64,000 nt of DNA from Candidatus Staskawiczbacteria bacterium RIFOXYB1_FULL_37_44 (GTDB taxonomy: Bacteria; Patescibacteriota; Minisyncoccia; Minisyncoccales; Staskawiczbacteraceae), in contig MHPJ01000001.1 in assembly GCA_001822065.1 (NCBI GenBank), forward strand, positions 6,870 to 70,869. Reading direction: 5' to 3'. Below the pieces are notes generated by a model. It was not told the origin of the DNA. It made no database searches and worked only from the letters and a program-made list of their open reading frames with translations. Shown in pieces: positions 54,976-64,000 of this stretch. Position numbers and translations under genes: made by a program. Each line of letters starts with the position of its first letter. Position 1 is the stretch's first letter.

Positions 54976-55668
54976 ATGAAGCTTTCAATAATAATTCCCT
55001 GTTTCAATGAAGAGGCGACAATATCAAAGATTATACAAAGAGTAGCAGATGTTGACTTAATCGGCATAGAAAAAGAAATTATTGTGGTTGACGACGGATC
55101 AGACGATAGAACTTTTGGGACATTAAAACAGCTCAAAAATAAGTTTGATTTTCAGCTGTTTAATCATGGGATAAACCTCGGCAAAGGGGCAGCAATAAAA
55201 ACGGCCTTAAAAAATATCAGTGGCGATTATGTTATCATACAAGATGCTGATTTAGAATATAATCCCGAAGATTATAAAAAACTTTTACGTTGCGTACAGG
55301 AAAAGAGCGCTCAGGTTGTTTACGGATCAAGGTATTCTGGATCGGAAGGTAAATATTCCCACCCATTTTTTTACTTTGGTGGCAGGATTTTGACTTGGCT
55401 TACAAATTTGTTATATGGCACAAGGATTAGTGACGAAGCAACGTGCTATAAACTTTTTAAAAGAGAAGTTATTTCTAAGATTGATTTAAAGTGTAAGGGG
55501 TTTGATTTTTGTCCGGAAATTACTGCAAAAGTGTTAAAAAAAGGGATTAAAATATATGAGGTACCGATTGGGTATTCTCCCCGCAATATTGAAGATGGAA
55601 AAAAAATAAAGCTAAAAGATGGGCTTTATGCTATTTGGATTTTGATAAAATATAAATTTATAGATTGA
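54976..55668 (+). CDS. GT2 polyprenyl-phosphate glycosyltransferase (DPM1-like)
   Basis: DDGSDD, NLGKGAA, QDADLEY, GSR, EGKKI-like motif. Confidence 0.88.
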   Translation: MKLSIIIPCFNEEATISKIIQRVADVDLIGIEKEIIVVDDGSDDRTFGTLKQLKNKFDFQLFNHGINLGKGAAIKTALKNISGDYVIIQDADLEYNPEDYKKLLRCVQEKSAQVVYGSRYSGSEGKYSHPFFYFGGRILTWLTNLLYGTRISDEATCYKLFKREVISKIDLKCKGFDFCPEITAKVLKKGIKIYEVPIGYSPRNIEDGKKIKLKDGLYAIWILIKYKFID

Positions 55669-56225
55669 ACATGGATTCTTTATTAGACAAGCTATTTCGT
55701 TTTTGGAGAACGCAAAAGGTCATTAATCATATTCTCAAAGGATCAATAGTGTGCGACATCGGTTGCGGTTTAGATGTTTATTTTCTAAACAGAATAAAGC
55801 GATCGATAAAAAAAGGAGTTGGTTTGGATCAGGATTTATGCGACTACACAGAAGGAAATTTAGAATTTAAAAATATAAAAATAGATAGCAATTTGCCTTT
55901 TCCAGATGATTATTTTAATGCAGCTACGATGGTTGCTTTTTTAGAGCACATAGAAAGTCCAGAGATTATAACGGGGGAGGCTTTTAGGATTTTAAAAAAG
56001 GGAGGAAAGTTGATATTGACTACGCCATCTCCAATATCTAAACCAATTTTAATTTTTTTAGCTTTTCTGAGCCTCATAGACAAAAGGGAAATTTCAAGCC
56101 ACAAAAATTATTTTTGGCCGAAAGATATTAGGAAAATACTGAGCGGCGCAGGATTCAATAAAGAAAACGTAAAAATAAATTTTTTTGAATTTTTTACTAA
56201 CATTGTAGCGGTAGCAACAAAATGA
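55665..56225 (+). CDS. Class I SAM-dependent methyltransferase
   Basis: DIGCG, LEHI, RILKKGG. Confidence 0.82.
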   Translation: MNMDSLLDKLFRFWRTQKVINHILKGSIVCDIGCGLDVYFLNRIKRSIKKGVGLDQDLCDYTEGNLEFKNIKIDSNLPFPDDYFNAATMVAFLEHIESPEIITGEAFRILKKGGKLILTTPSPISKPILIFLAFLSLIDKREISSHKNYFWPKDIRKILSGAGFNKENVKINFFEFFTNIVAVATK

Positions 56226-57319
56226 CCATTTTTAAAAAATATCTTTTACTTACTTTTTTTGTAGCATTTTTGAATTTACTGATTATCTTATTTTTTTTCG
56301 TTCCCAGGCTAAATGCTACTGACAGCGCACAGTATATCTCAACGATTCTGCATCTTTCGGGCGACCATTCAGAAACTCTGTATCCCTTTAGAGTTATAAA
56401 CCCTTTACCCGTTTTAATAGGAGCAATCCTTTCGCCGTTTATGTCGGCTTCTGCAACTCTTATATTGCAAAATATATTTTTTTATTTTGGCTCGGTTTTA
56501 GTTATTTTTTTATTGATAAATTCAGTTTATAAAAACGAGAAACAGGCTTTTTATGGGGCAATTCTATTTTCAACAGCCTATCCCGTAATGGCTTATGGCT
56601 TGTCTCCACTTACCGATTTTAGCGGGTGGTTTTTCTATATCCTATGTATTTATCTTACAGTAAGATTTTTTAAAAAGCCGATTTTAAGAAAGAGTTTTCT
56701 TATTGGACTTTTGGGCGGAATAGGCATGCTGTTTAAGGAAAATTTAGCCGCCTTGCCGATTTTTTTCTTTGTATTTGTTTTCGTATGCGCAAATTTTTCT
56801 CTTAGGAACAAGGTAAGACATATTTGTGTATTTCTATTGGCATTTTTTTTACCCGTTATTACTAGCGAAGTTATGATCTATCATTTTTTTTCTTACTCAA
56901 TGATACAATGGTATTTAAACGTTTCTTTAACCCACGGCAATTCATTTATTTATGCATATAGTCCGCTTAGAATCGTCATTGAAATTGCCAGAGTGTTTTC
57001 TTTCGGATGGATTTTTTTCCTAGCAGGACTCATTAGGGAAATAAGAACAAAAGATAAAAATCGGACTAAAATTTTAATCTCCTTAATCCTACCTTCCTTA
57101 TCCTTTTTCCTTTGGGCGTTTCCTCATAATAGAATTGCTTTTATTTCGGCCCCTTTAATTATTTTACTGGGAAGCTTCGGATTTATAGAATTATTTAAAA
57201 ATAATAAATATAGCAGATATATAGAAATAACCCTTTTGTTTTTTTACATTTTTATAAATTATTTTTTGGTCGAATTTTTATTAAAATATGGAGACGCATT
57301 AAGAATATATTTTAAATAA
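56222..57319 (+). CDS. Multi-TM GT-C-like (ArnT/PMT-type) membrane protein
   Basis: About 10 TM; D...Y first loop, PLTD, KE motifs. Confidence 0.55.
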   Translation: MTIFKKYLLLTFFVAFLNLLIILFFFVPRLNATDSAQYISTILHLSGDHSETLYPFRVINPLPVLIGAILSPFMSASATLILQNIFFYFGSVLVIFLLINSVYKNEKQAFYGAILFSTAYPVMAYGLSPLTDFSGWFFYILCIYLTVRFFKKPILRKSFLIGLLGGIGMLFKENLAALPIFFFVFVFVCANFSLRNKVRHICVFLLAFFLPVITSEVMIYHFFSYSMIQWYLNVSLTHGNSFIYAYSPLRIVIEIARVFSFGWIFFLAGLIREIRTKDKNRTKILISLILPSLSFFLWAFPHNRIAFISAPLIILLGSFGFIELFKNNKYSRYIEITLLFFYIFINYFLVEFLLKYGDALRIYFK

Positions 57320-57328
57320 TCAGAAAAT

Positions 57329-57700
57329 ATGAGCCCGTTTATCTTTTTAGCAATATCTATAATATCTACAGTAACCGGCCAACTTTTATTAAAAAAGGGG
57401 GTTTTACTAGTGGGAAAAATAGAATTTTCCCTTAACGGCATTTTTAATTTAGCCTTGCAGTTCTTTAAAAATGCATACCTGTTTTTCGGTCTTTGCCTTT
57501 TCGTGTTCGCCTTTATTTTTTGGGTTTTTGCCCTGTCGAAAAAAGATCTCGGCATTATTTATCCTATTTCAAGCAGTTTGGTGCTTTCTTTAATAGTTTT
57601 TGGGTCATTTTTGTTTTTTAAGGAAAGTATTTCTTTATGGCAGATTTCTGGAATTGTTTTTATAATTTTTGGCATTTTTTTATTATTGTTTAAGGGTTGA
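57329..57700 (+). CDS. SMR/EamA-type small transporter (ArnE/F-like flippase)
   Basis: 4 TM; GQLLLKKG, IIYP, FFKESI. Confidence 0.75.
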   Translation: MSPFIFLAISIISTVTGQLLLKKGVLLVGKIEFSLNGIFNLALQFFKNAYLFFGLCLFVFAFIFWVFALSKKDLGIIYPISSSLVLSLIVFGSFLFFKESISLWQISGIVFIIFGIFLLLFKG

Positions 57701-57705
57701 CTAAA

Positions 57706-58692
57706 ATGGAAAAATTAGTTTCAATAATAATCCCTTGCAGGAACGAAGAAGAATTTATTTCAAGATGCCTATATTCTGTTTTAAATAACGATTATCCAAA
57801 AGATAAATTGGAAATTTTTGTTGCAGACGGAGAAAGCCAAGATAAAACCCGTGAAATTGTCAGCAGATACATAATCAAGTATCCTTTTATAAAGTTATTG
57901 AATAATCCAAGACATATTGCTGCTTCTGCGCTTAATTTGGGGATTAAAGAGTCAATGGGAAGTATTATTATAAGAATGGACGCGCATGCAATTTACGATA
58001 AAAATTATATATCTAAGTGCGTTTGTTATTTGCAAAACTACGACGCTGATAATGTGGGGGGAGTAATATATATAATCCCAAGGGAAAACACGCCTGTCGG
58101 CAGGGGGATTGCAAAAGCAATGTCATCTTTTTTGGGAACCGGGGGCGCGCATTATAAGCTTGGAGCTAAAAGCTTCAAAGAAGTTGATACGGTTCCATTT
58201 GGATGTTTTAAAAGGAGTATATTTGATAAAGTTGGTTTTTTCAATGAGAATCTCAAAAGAAGCCAGGATCTGGAATTTAATTTGCGTATTAAAAGAGCCG
58301 GCGGTAAGATTTATTTGTTTCCGGACATTGTAAGCGATTATTACTCGCGCTCCGGGCTAAAAGATTTTTTCATTTACAATTTTAAAAACGGCATTTGGGC
58401 TATTTATCCTTTTAAATTTGTTAAAACGTTATTTAAGCCAAGGCACTACGCGCCGTTAGTATTTGTTTTGGGGCTAACTTTTCTGTTTATGGCTGGCCTT
58501 TTTGTGAGACCATTTTTGTATATGTTTTGGACTGTAATTATTTTATATTTAGCGATTATATTATATGCAGCTGCTAAAGTTTCGTTAAAAGAAAAAGATG
58601 CAACATATCTATTCTCTTTGCCGGTTGCTTTGGCCGTCAGACACTTTTCTTATGGGTTGGGGTCTATTTTTGGTATAATAAAATTATTATAA
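57706..58692 (+). CDS. GT2 glycosyltransferase (ExoA-like)
   Basis: PCRNEE, RMDAH, DTVPFG, QDLEFNLR; C-terminal TMs. Confidence 0.88.
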   Translation: MEKLVSIIIPCRNEEEFISRCLYSVLNNDYPKDKLEIFVADGESQDKTREIVSRYIIKYPFIKLLNNPRHIAASALNLGIKESMGSIIIRMDAHAIYDKNYISKCVCYLQNYDADNVGGVIYIIPRENTPVGRGIAKAMSSFLGTGGAHYKLGAKSFKEVDTVPFGCFKRSIFDKVGFFNENLKRSQDLEFNLRIKRAGGKIYLFPDIVSDYYSRSGLKDFFIYNFKNGIWAIYPFKFVKTLFKPRHYAPLVFVLGLTFLFMAGLFVRPFLYMFWTVIILYLAIILYAAAKVSLKEKDATYLFSLPVALAVRHFSYGLGSIFGIIKLL

Positions 58693-58693
58693 A

Positions 58694-59287
58694 ATGATAA
58701 AAAGATTATTTGATATAATTTCATCTGTAATTGGTTTGTCAATTGTTTCGCCGATTTTTTTATTCGTGGTTTTTTTGATAAAAAAAGAATCTCCTGGGCC
58801 GATTTTTTATAAAGCCCAAAGAATCGGTAAGAAGGGAAAGCCTTTTAGTATGTATAAATTTAGAACAATGGTTGAAAATGCCGATAAAATTGGCGGATCC
58901 TCCACGCCCAACGATGATCCCAGGCTTACTAAAATCGGTTTATTTTTAAAAAAATACCAGTTAGATGAGTTGCCGCAGTTGTTCAATGTGCTAAAAGGTG
59001 ATATGAGTATAGTAGGACCCAGGCCGCAGGTTTCTTGGGCAGTTCAGCTTTACACGCCAGAAGAAAAGCAGGTTTTGAGTATGCTTCCCGGTTTGACCGA
59101 TTGGGCTTCTTTATGGAATTTTCATGAAGGAGAAATTTTAGAAGGCAGCAATAACCCCGACAAAGATTATATGGAAAAAATACATCCTGAAAAGATGCGT
59201 CTGCAGTTAAAATATGTAAAAAATCATTCTTTTTGGGTTGACCTTAAAATAATATTTAAAACTTTGCTAAAAGTAATTAAGGGATGA
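58694..59287 (+). CDS. Initiating phosphoglycosyl transferase (Bac_transf)
   Basis: KRLFD, KFRTM, DDPR, LDELPQLFNVLKGDMSIVGPRP. Confidence 0.92.
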   Translation: MIKRLFDIISSVIGLSIVSPIFLFVVFLIKKESPGPIFYKAQRIGKKGKPFSMYKFRTMVENADKIGGSSTPNDDPRLTKIGLFLKKYQLDELPQLFNVLKGDMSIVGPRPQVSWAVQLYTPEEKQVLSMLPGLTDWASLWNFHEGEILEGSNNPDKDYMEKIHPEKMRLQLKYVKNHSFWVDLKIIFKTLLKVIKG

Positions 59288-59296
59288 TATAAAAAA

Positions 59297-60064
59297 ATGA
59301 AAAAAAATAATTCAAAGAAAAGCGCTAAGGCAGAAGGAGGTCTTAGAACGTCCCAGGAGAAAGAGGTCGGCACGGAGCTTGCCAAAATTTTTACTGAATC
59401 CGCGGACCCTTTGCAAACACGGCTTGATAATTTTCCCAAATATATAAGGCGCCAAAAACTGACAAGATTGCTTTCACTATATGAAATATTTAAAAAAGTC
59501 GTGAATATAAAAGGTTCAATTGTAGATTGCGGAGTTTACCGGGGATTTAGCTTAATGTCTTGGGCGCAAATGAGTGCGGTTTTGGAGCCGAATAATTTTA
59601 CTAGGAGGATTTATGGATTTGATACTTTTGAGGGATTTCCCGGATTGTCGGAAAAAGACGAAAGCAAGATTGGTGCTATATCAAAGGGCGCATTAAGTGC
59701 TGATTCTTTTGAGGAGCTGAGAAAACTTTCAAAAGCATATGACAACAATAGATTTTTGGGGCACATTAATAAGATTGAGCTTATTAAAGGGGATTCTTCA
59801 AAAACAATTCCATATTTTATCAAAAAAAATCCGCAGCTCGTTGTAAGTTTATTATTTTTGGATTTTGACTTGTTTGAGCCCACAAAAGTTGCTCTTGAAA
59901 ATTTTTATCCAAGAATGCCCAAGGGTTCAATTCTTGCTTTTGACGAATTAGATAATCCATTATGGCCGGGTGAAACATTAGCATTGCTGGAAACAATTGG
60001 AATTAGAGAATTGAAAATAGAAAGAGTGGATTTCGATCCTTACATAGGTTACGTTATTTTGTAA
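59297..60064 (+). CDS. TylF/MycF-family O-methyltransferase-like protein
   Basis: GSIVDCGVYRG, GFDTFEGFP, LDFDLFEPT, FDE. Confidence 0.78.
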   Translation: MKKNNSKKSAKAEGGLRTSQEKEVGTELAKIFTESADPLQTRLDNFPKYIRRQKLTRLLSLYEIFKKVVNIKGSIVDCGVYRGFSLMSWAQMSAVLEPNNFTRRIYGFDTFEGFPGLSEKDESKIGAISKGALSADSFEELRKLSKAYDNNRFLGHINKIELIKGDSSKTIPYFIKKNPQLVVSLLFLDFDLFEPTKVALENFYPRMPKGSILAFDELDNPLWPGETLALLETIGIRELKIERVDFDPYIGYVIL

Positions 60065-60065
60065 A

Positions 60066-60857
60066 ATGGACTATAATAGCATTTCAAAAAATATAAGAAA
60101 AAAGATTCTGAAAATGAAATATGAATCCCAAGAGGGGCACATTGGGTCTGCTTTGTCTTGTGTTGATATTTTAAACGTGCTTTATTTTAAAATACTTAAA
60201 ATTGATCCAAAAGATCCTTTGAATGAAGATAGGGATAGACTTGTTTTCAGCAAAGGCCACGCTGCCGCTGCGTTATATGCAGTTTTATCTGAAAAAGAAT
60301 TTTTTGAAGAAAAAATTCTTGATGCATATTGCAAAGATGGTAGCAAATTAGCAGGTCATTCTACGAGAGGATCTGTGCCTGGAATAGAAATTTCTGCTGG
60401 CTCTTTGGGTCACGGCTTGCCTATGGCTTCGGGTATGGCTTTAGCTGGCAAAAAGGATAATAAAAATTATAGAGTTTTTGTTTTAATGTCTGACGGAGAA
60501 ATGGATGAGGGAACAACATGGGAATCGGCTTTGTTTTCAGCTCACCATAAATTAGATAATTTAACCGTGATTGTTGATTATAATAAATGGCAGGCATTTG
60601 GTCGGACTAACGAAGTTTTAAATTTAGAGCCATTAGCAAAAAAATGGGAGAGTTTTGGCTGGAGCGTTAAGGAGATAAATGGTCATAATTTTTTAGAAAT
60701 TGAAAATGTGTTATCTATAGTTCCGTTTGAAAAAGTAAAACCTAATGTTGTTATCGCAAATACGATTAAGGGAAAGGGAGTAGAATTTCTAGAAGATAAA
60801 TTAGAATCACATTACACGCATATTACAAAAGAAGATTATGAGAAAAGCATTCGTTAA
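60066..60857 (+). CDS. Transketolase N-terminal (TPP-binding) subunit
   Basis: GHIGS, SKGH, GSLGHG, DGEMDEG, TIKGKG. Confidence 0.9.
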   Translation: MDYNSISKNIRKKILKMKYESQEGHIGSALSCVDILNVLYFKILKIDPKDPLNEDRDRLVFSKGHAAAALYAVLSEKEFFEEKILDAYCKDGSKLAGHSTRGSVPGIEISAGSLGHGLPMASGMALAGKKDNKNYRVFVLMSDGEMDEGTTWESALFSAHHKLDNLTVIVDYNKWQAFGRTNEVLNLEPLAKKWESFGWSVKEINGHNFLEIENVLSIVPFEKVKPNVVIANTIKGKGVEFLEDKLESHYTHITKEDYEKSIR

Positions 60858-61758
60858 AACTTTAATTGAGTTGGCAGAAAAAGATGACAGAGTTTATCTT
60901 CTGACAGGTGATCTGGGCTTTCACGCCTTGGAAGGTTTTGCTGAAAAATTTCCAGAAAGGTTTTTAAATTGCGGGGTGGCTGAACAAAATATGATGGGTG
61001 TGGCTGCTGGACTTGCTTTGTCCGGGAAAAAACCTTATGTTTATTCAATAGTGCCTTTTGTTACTTTAAGATGTTTAGAGCAAATAAGAATCGACGTGTG
61101 TTATCATAATTTAGATGTTAAAATAATAGGAATCGGCGGAGGATTTTCTTATGGAACTTTAGGATCAACTCATTCTGTTATGGAAGAGATGGCTATTTTA
61201 AGAACTATTCCAAATATGTCGGTTTTTTCTCCTGCTGACCTTTTAGAAACAGAAGAGTTATTTTTAAAAACTTATGAAAATAAAAATCCGGCATATTTTA
61301 GATTATCAAATATTGGGCAGTATGAAGTTTACGATAAAAATCCTAATCTTGAAATTGGCAAGCCAAATGTGGTTAAAGATGGAGCAGATGGAGTTATTGT
61401 CGCTACGGGTTTGATGGTTTCTATATGTTTGGATATTATAAAAAAGATAAAAAATGAAAATAATATAAACCTGAAATTATTAAGTGTTCACACCGTAAAG
61501 CCGTTAGATGAAAAATTATTAATGGAACAGATAAGTGACTTTAAAAAAATTTTTGTTATTGAGGAGCACAGCGTTATTGGCGGATTGGGATCTATTGTCG
61601 CTGAAGTATTAGCAGATTCGGGATATGGAGGAATTTTAAAAAGGGTTGGTATGGATGACGAATTTTTAAAGGAGATTGGGACGGCCGATTATTTACGCGC
61701 AAAGCATATAGTTAAGAAAAATGGCGCGATAGAAGATATTTTAAATTATTTTAAATAA
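60838..61758 (+). CDS. Transketolase C-terminal subunit
   Basis: GVAEQNM, EQIR, GSTH, EEHSVIGGLGS. Confidence 0.9.
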   Translation: MRKAFVKTLIELAEKDDRVYLLTGDLGFHALEGFAEKFPERFLNCGVAEQNMMGVAAGLALSGKKPYVYSIVPFVTLRCLEQIRIDVCYHNLDVKIIGIGGGFSYGTLGSTHSVMEEMAILRTIPNMSVFSPADLLETEELFLKTYENKNPAYFRLSNIGQYEVYDKNPNLEIGKPNVVKDGADGVIVATGLMVSICLDIIKKIKNENNINLKLLSVHTVKPLDEKLLMEQISDFKKIFVIEEHSVIGGLGSIVAEVLADSGYGGILKRVGMDDEFLKEIGTADYLRAKHIVKKNGAIEDILNYFK

Positions 61759-61768
61759 AAAAGATAAT

Positions 61769-62866
61769 ATGAAAGTTCCGTTTGTAAATTATCCGTTGCA
61801 GTATAAAAATATAGAAACAGAAATTGATTCCGCAATAAAAAAGATTTTGAATAATGGGGATTTGATATTGCGCCAAGATGTGGATGATTTTGAAAAAAAT
61901 ATGGCTGATTTTTTGGGCGTCAAATATGCGGTTGGAGTAAACTCCTGTACTGATGCTTTAATATTTTCTTTGAAATCAGCAGGCATAAAAGAAGGAGACG
62001 AGGTTATTACTGTTTCTCATACCTTTTTTGCCACTATTGAGGCGATTATTCATTGCAGAGCAAAACCTGTTTTAGTAGATGTTGGGGAAGACTTTGTAAT
62101 GGATGTTTCTAAGGTTGAAAGCAATATAACAGATAAAACTAAAGCTATAATTCCGGTCCATTTTAATGGACATATGGTTGATATGGACAAGCTTAATGAG
62201 ATAGCAAAAAGGCATAATTTAATTATTATTGAAGATGCAGCTCAAGCCCTTGGCGCCGCATTTAACAATAAAAAAGCTGGCTCCCTGGGTTTAGCTGGGT
62301 GTTTCAGTTTTTATCCTGCAAAATTATTGGGTGCTTTCGGTGATGCCGGAATTGTTGCAACCAACGACCAAGTTCTAGCCAAAAACATACGTTTGCTAAG
62401 GAATCACGGTTTACGCACAAAAACAGAAATATTGTTGTTTGGATTTACAAGCAGATTAGATAATTTACAGGCAGCTGTTTTAAATGTAAAATTTAAATAT
62501 TTGGACCAGTGGATACAACGAAGAAGAAAAATAGCTGAAATTTATAAAGACAAGTTGTTTGATGTTAAAAATATAAAACTACCTTTTAACTCTGGCGGAA
62601 GATTTTTTGATGTTTTTCAAAACTTTGTCATACGCGCTGAAAAAAGAGACGAATTATTTATTTTTTTAAAAGAAAAAGAAATTGAAACTTTGGTAAAAGA
62701 TCCTGTGCCAAACCATTTGCACTTAGGTTTGAGACTTGATCATTTTAATCTTCCATTGACCGAACGCCTAGCCAAAGAGGTTATTTCTCTGCCGATGTAC
62801 CCAGAACTCACAGACGAGCAGGTAAACTACGTAATAAGTTGTGTTAAAGAATTTTATAAGTTATAA
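61769..62866 (+). CDS. DegT/DnrJ/EryC1/StrS sugar aminotransferase
   Basis: EDAAQA, SFYPAKLLGAFGDAG, SRLD, SLPMYP. Confidence 0.92.
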   Translation: MKVPFVNYPLQYKNIETEIDSAIKKILNNGDLILRQDVDDFEKNMADFLGVKYAVGVNSCTDALIFSLKSAGIKEGDEVITVSHTFFATIEAIIHCRAKPVLVDVGEDFVMDVSKVESNITDKTKAIIPVHFNGHMVDMDKLNEIAKRHNLIIIEDAAQALGAAFNNKKAGSLGLAGCFSFYPAKLLGAFGDAGIVATNDQVLAKNIRLLRNHGLRTKTEILLFGFTSRLDNLQAAVLNVKFKYLDQWIQRRRKIAEIYKDKLFDVKNIKLPFNSGGRFFDVFQNFVIRAEKRDELFIFLKEKEIETLVKDPVPNHLHLGLRLDHFNLPLTERLAKEVISLPMYPELTDEQVNYVISCVKEFYKL

Positions 62867-62869
62867 ATT

Positions 62870-64000
62870 ATGGATTTGCCAATTTATTTGAGAAAAAGTA
62901 TAAATCGTTTTCCTTGGTCAAGGATGGCAATTTTATTCTTGGCGGATATTGTTTTAATCATTTTTTCTCTATGGATTTCTTTTTCCCTTAGATTCGACGG
63001 GAATATTCCCGTTCAATATTTTTCAATGATAAAAAACGTCTCGATTTTGGCGGCATTTTTTTGCATTCCTATATTTTATTCTGTTGGATTATATTCTTTT
63101 TCCTGGTCATATGTGGGAATAACTGAATTACTCTCTCTATTAAAGGCTTCGTTTATTGCATTCTTATTTTTAACAACAACTATTTATCTTTCTAAGGAAT
63201 TTCCTGTTTTTAAAGGTTATCCACGCTCGACTCTGATTACCGGGCTTTGCCTGGTAATTATTTTTTGCGGTTCTGTCCGGCTGTCTAAAAGAATATATTT
63301 GGCATTATATAAAAAAGACATCGGGAAAAAAAGAACTTTGATTGTTGGGGCAGGAGACGCCGGCGAGCAGATTTTAAGAAGCGTGATAAGCTCTCCCTTT
63401 ACCGATTATTTTCCTATTGGATTTGTTGACGATAGCGATACAAAGAAGGGCGTTATTATTCATGGGTTGAAAGTTTTGGGAAAAATATCAGATATCCCTG
63501 AAATTGCAGAAAAAAACAGCATAAGCCAACTAATTATTGCATTGCCTTCGGCTGGAAATGCAATAATTAGAAAGGCAATTGAGATAGCGAGGATTGCAGG
63601 AATAAAAAAAATTAAAATTGCTCCAGCGTTAAACGAAATTATCAGCGGAGAGATTTCTTTTAAGAATCTCAAGGATGTGGACGTTGGAGATATTTTAAGC
63701 CGGGAGCAGATTTTTTTGGACACAAAACAAATAGAGGCTTTTATAAAAAATAAAACAGTTTTAATTACCGGGGCGGCAGGCTCAATAGGATCTGAATTAT
63801 CTCGCCAAACTGCCAAATTTAATCCGTCATTAATTTTATTATTGGACCAGGACGAAACGGGAATTTTTAATATTTCTAATGAGCTGGAAAATAGTTTTCC
63901 TAATTTAAAAATTAAATCCATAATTGCAGATATTGGAGACAAAGGTAGAATTAGCGAAATTTTGGGCGCTTTCCATCCAAAAATTGTTTTTCACGCGGCA
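62870..64000 (+). CDS. PglF/CapD/WbpM-type UDP-GlcNAc 4,6-dehydratase, 3'-truncated by window edge
   Basis: ATG 62870; N-terminal TMs with SLRFDG, RTLIVGAGDAG, GFVDD, ITGAAGSIGSEL, VFHAA; absent from ORF track because no stop in window. Confidence 0.9.
   Translation, partial: MDLPIYLRKSINRFPWSRMAILFLADIVLIIFSLWISFSLRFDGNIPVQYFSMIKNVSILAAFFCIPIFYSVGLYSFSWSYVGITELLSLLKASFIAFLFLTTTIYLSKEFPVFKGYPRSTLITGLCLVIIFCGSVRLSKRIYLALYKKDIGKKRTLIVGAGDAGEQILRSVISSPFTDYFPIGFVDDSDTKKGVIIHGLKVLGKISDIPEIAEKNSISQLIIALPSAGNAIIRKAIEIARIAGIKKIKIAPALNEIISGEISFKNLKDVDVGDILSREQIFLDTKQIEAFIKNKTVLITGAAGSIGSELSRQTAKFNPSLILLLDQDETGIFNISNELENSFPNLKIKSIIADIGDKGRISEILGAFHPKIVFHAA

Noticed and set aside
59321..59344. Possible palindromic insert encoding SAKAEGG
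   Set aside because: No convincing inverted repeat and no clear match to the other families.
339..63942. Numerous antisense and alternate-frame ORFs in the ORF track
   Set aside because: They overlap well-supported genes and show no motifs; treated as shadow ORFs.
1..64000. tRNA, rRNA or alternative genetic code
   Set aside because: No tRNA cloverleaf or rRNA signature noticed by eye; TGA ends several intact genes, so code 11 fits.

Overview
AT-rich bacterial DNA using genetic code 11. The gene set (PaaX/Cas2-like proteins, ECF sigma plus DUF5667-type partner, a Thr-rich surface protein, in-frame palindromic inserts) suggests a Patescibacteria/CPR (Parcubacteria-like) genome; this is inference. 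Bases 1-25,150 are a mixed housekeeping/envelope region: GTs, a GH, htrA, clpB, two ECF sigma modules, a thermonuclease, a ComEA-like protein, rlmN, a surface protein, an O-antigen-ligase/TPR protein, mtnP and an apt remnant. From about 25,200 to the end is one co-directional surface-glycan locus of over 38 kb. Notable structure: (1) three single-gene cassettes (two PaaX/Cas2-like genes, one HUH/RAYT transposase), each bracketed by its own long palindrome, with the upstream copy over the predicted -35; (2) a complete aromatic amino-acid attenuator (leader FWFYFSFF) ahead of an orphan protein resembling a DAHP-synthase regulatory domain; (3) several families of short palindromic elements inserted in-frame in proteins; (4) a DAHP-synthase-like enzyme with altered motifs clustered with CMP-ulosonate activation/transfer genes; (5) 10-bp-phased TTGAC repeats ahead of the Xis/BldC-like gene leading the glycan operon. 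All calls come from reading motifs by eye; no database searches were run.
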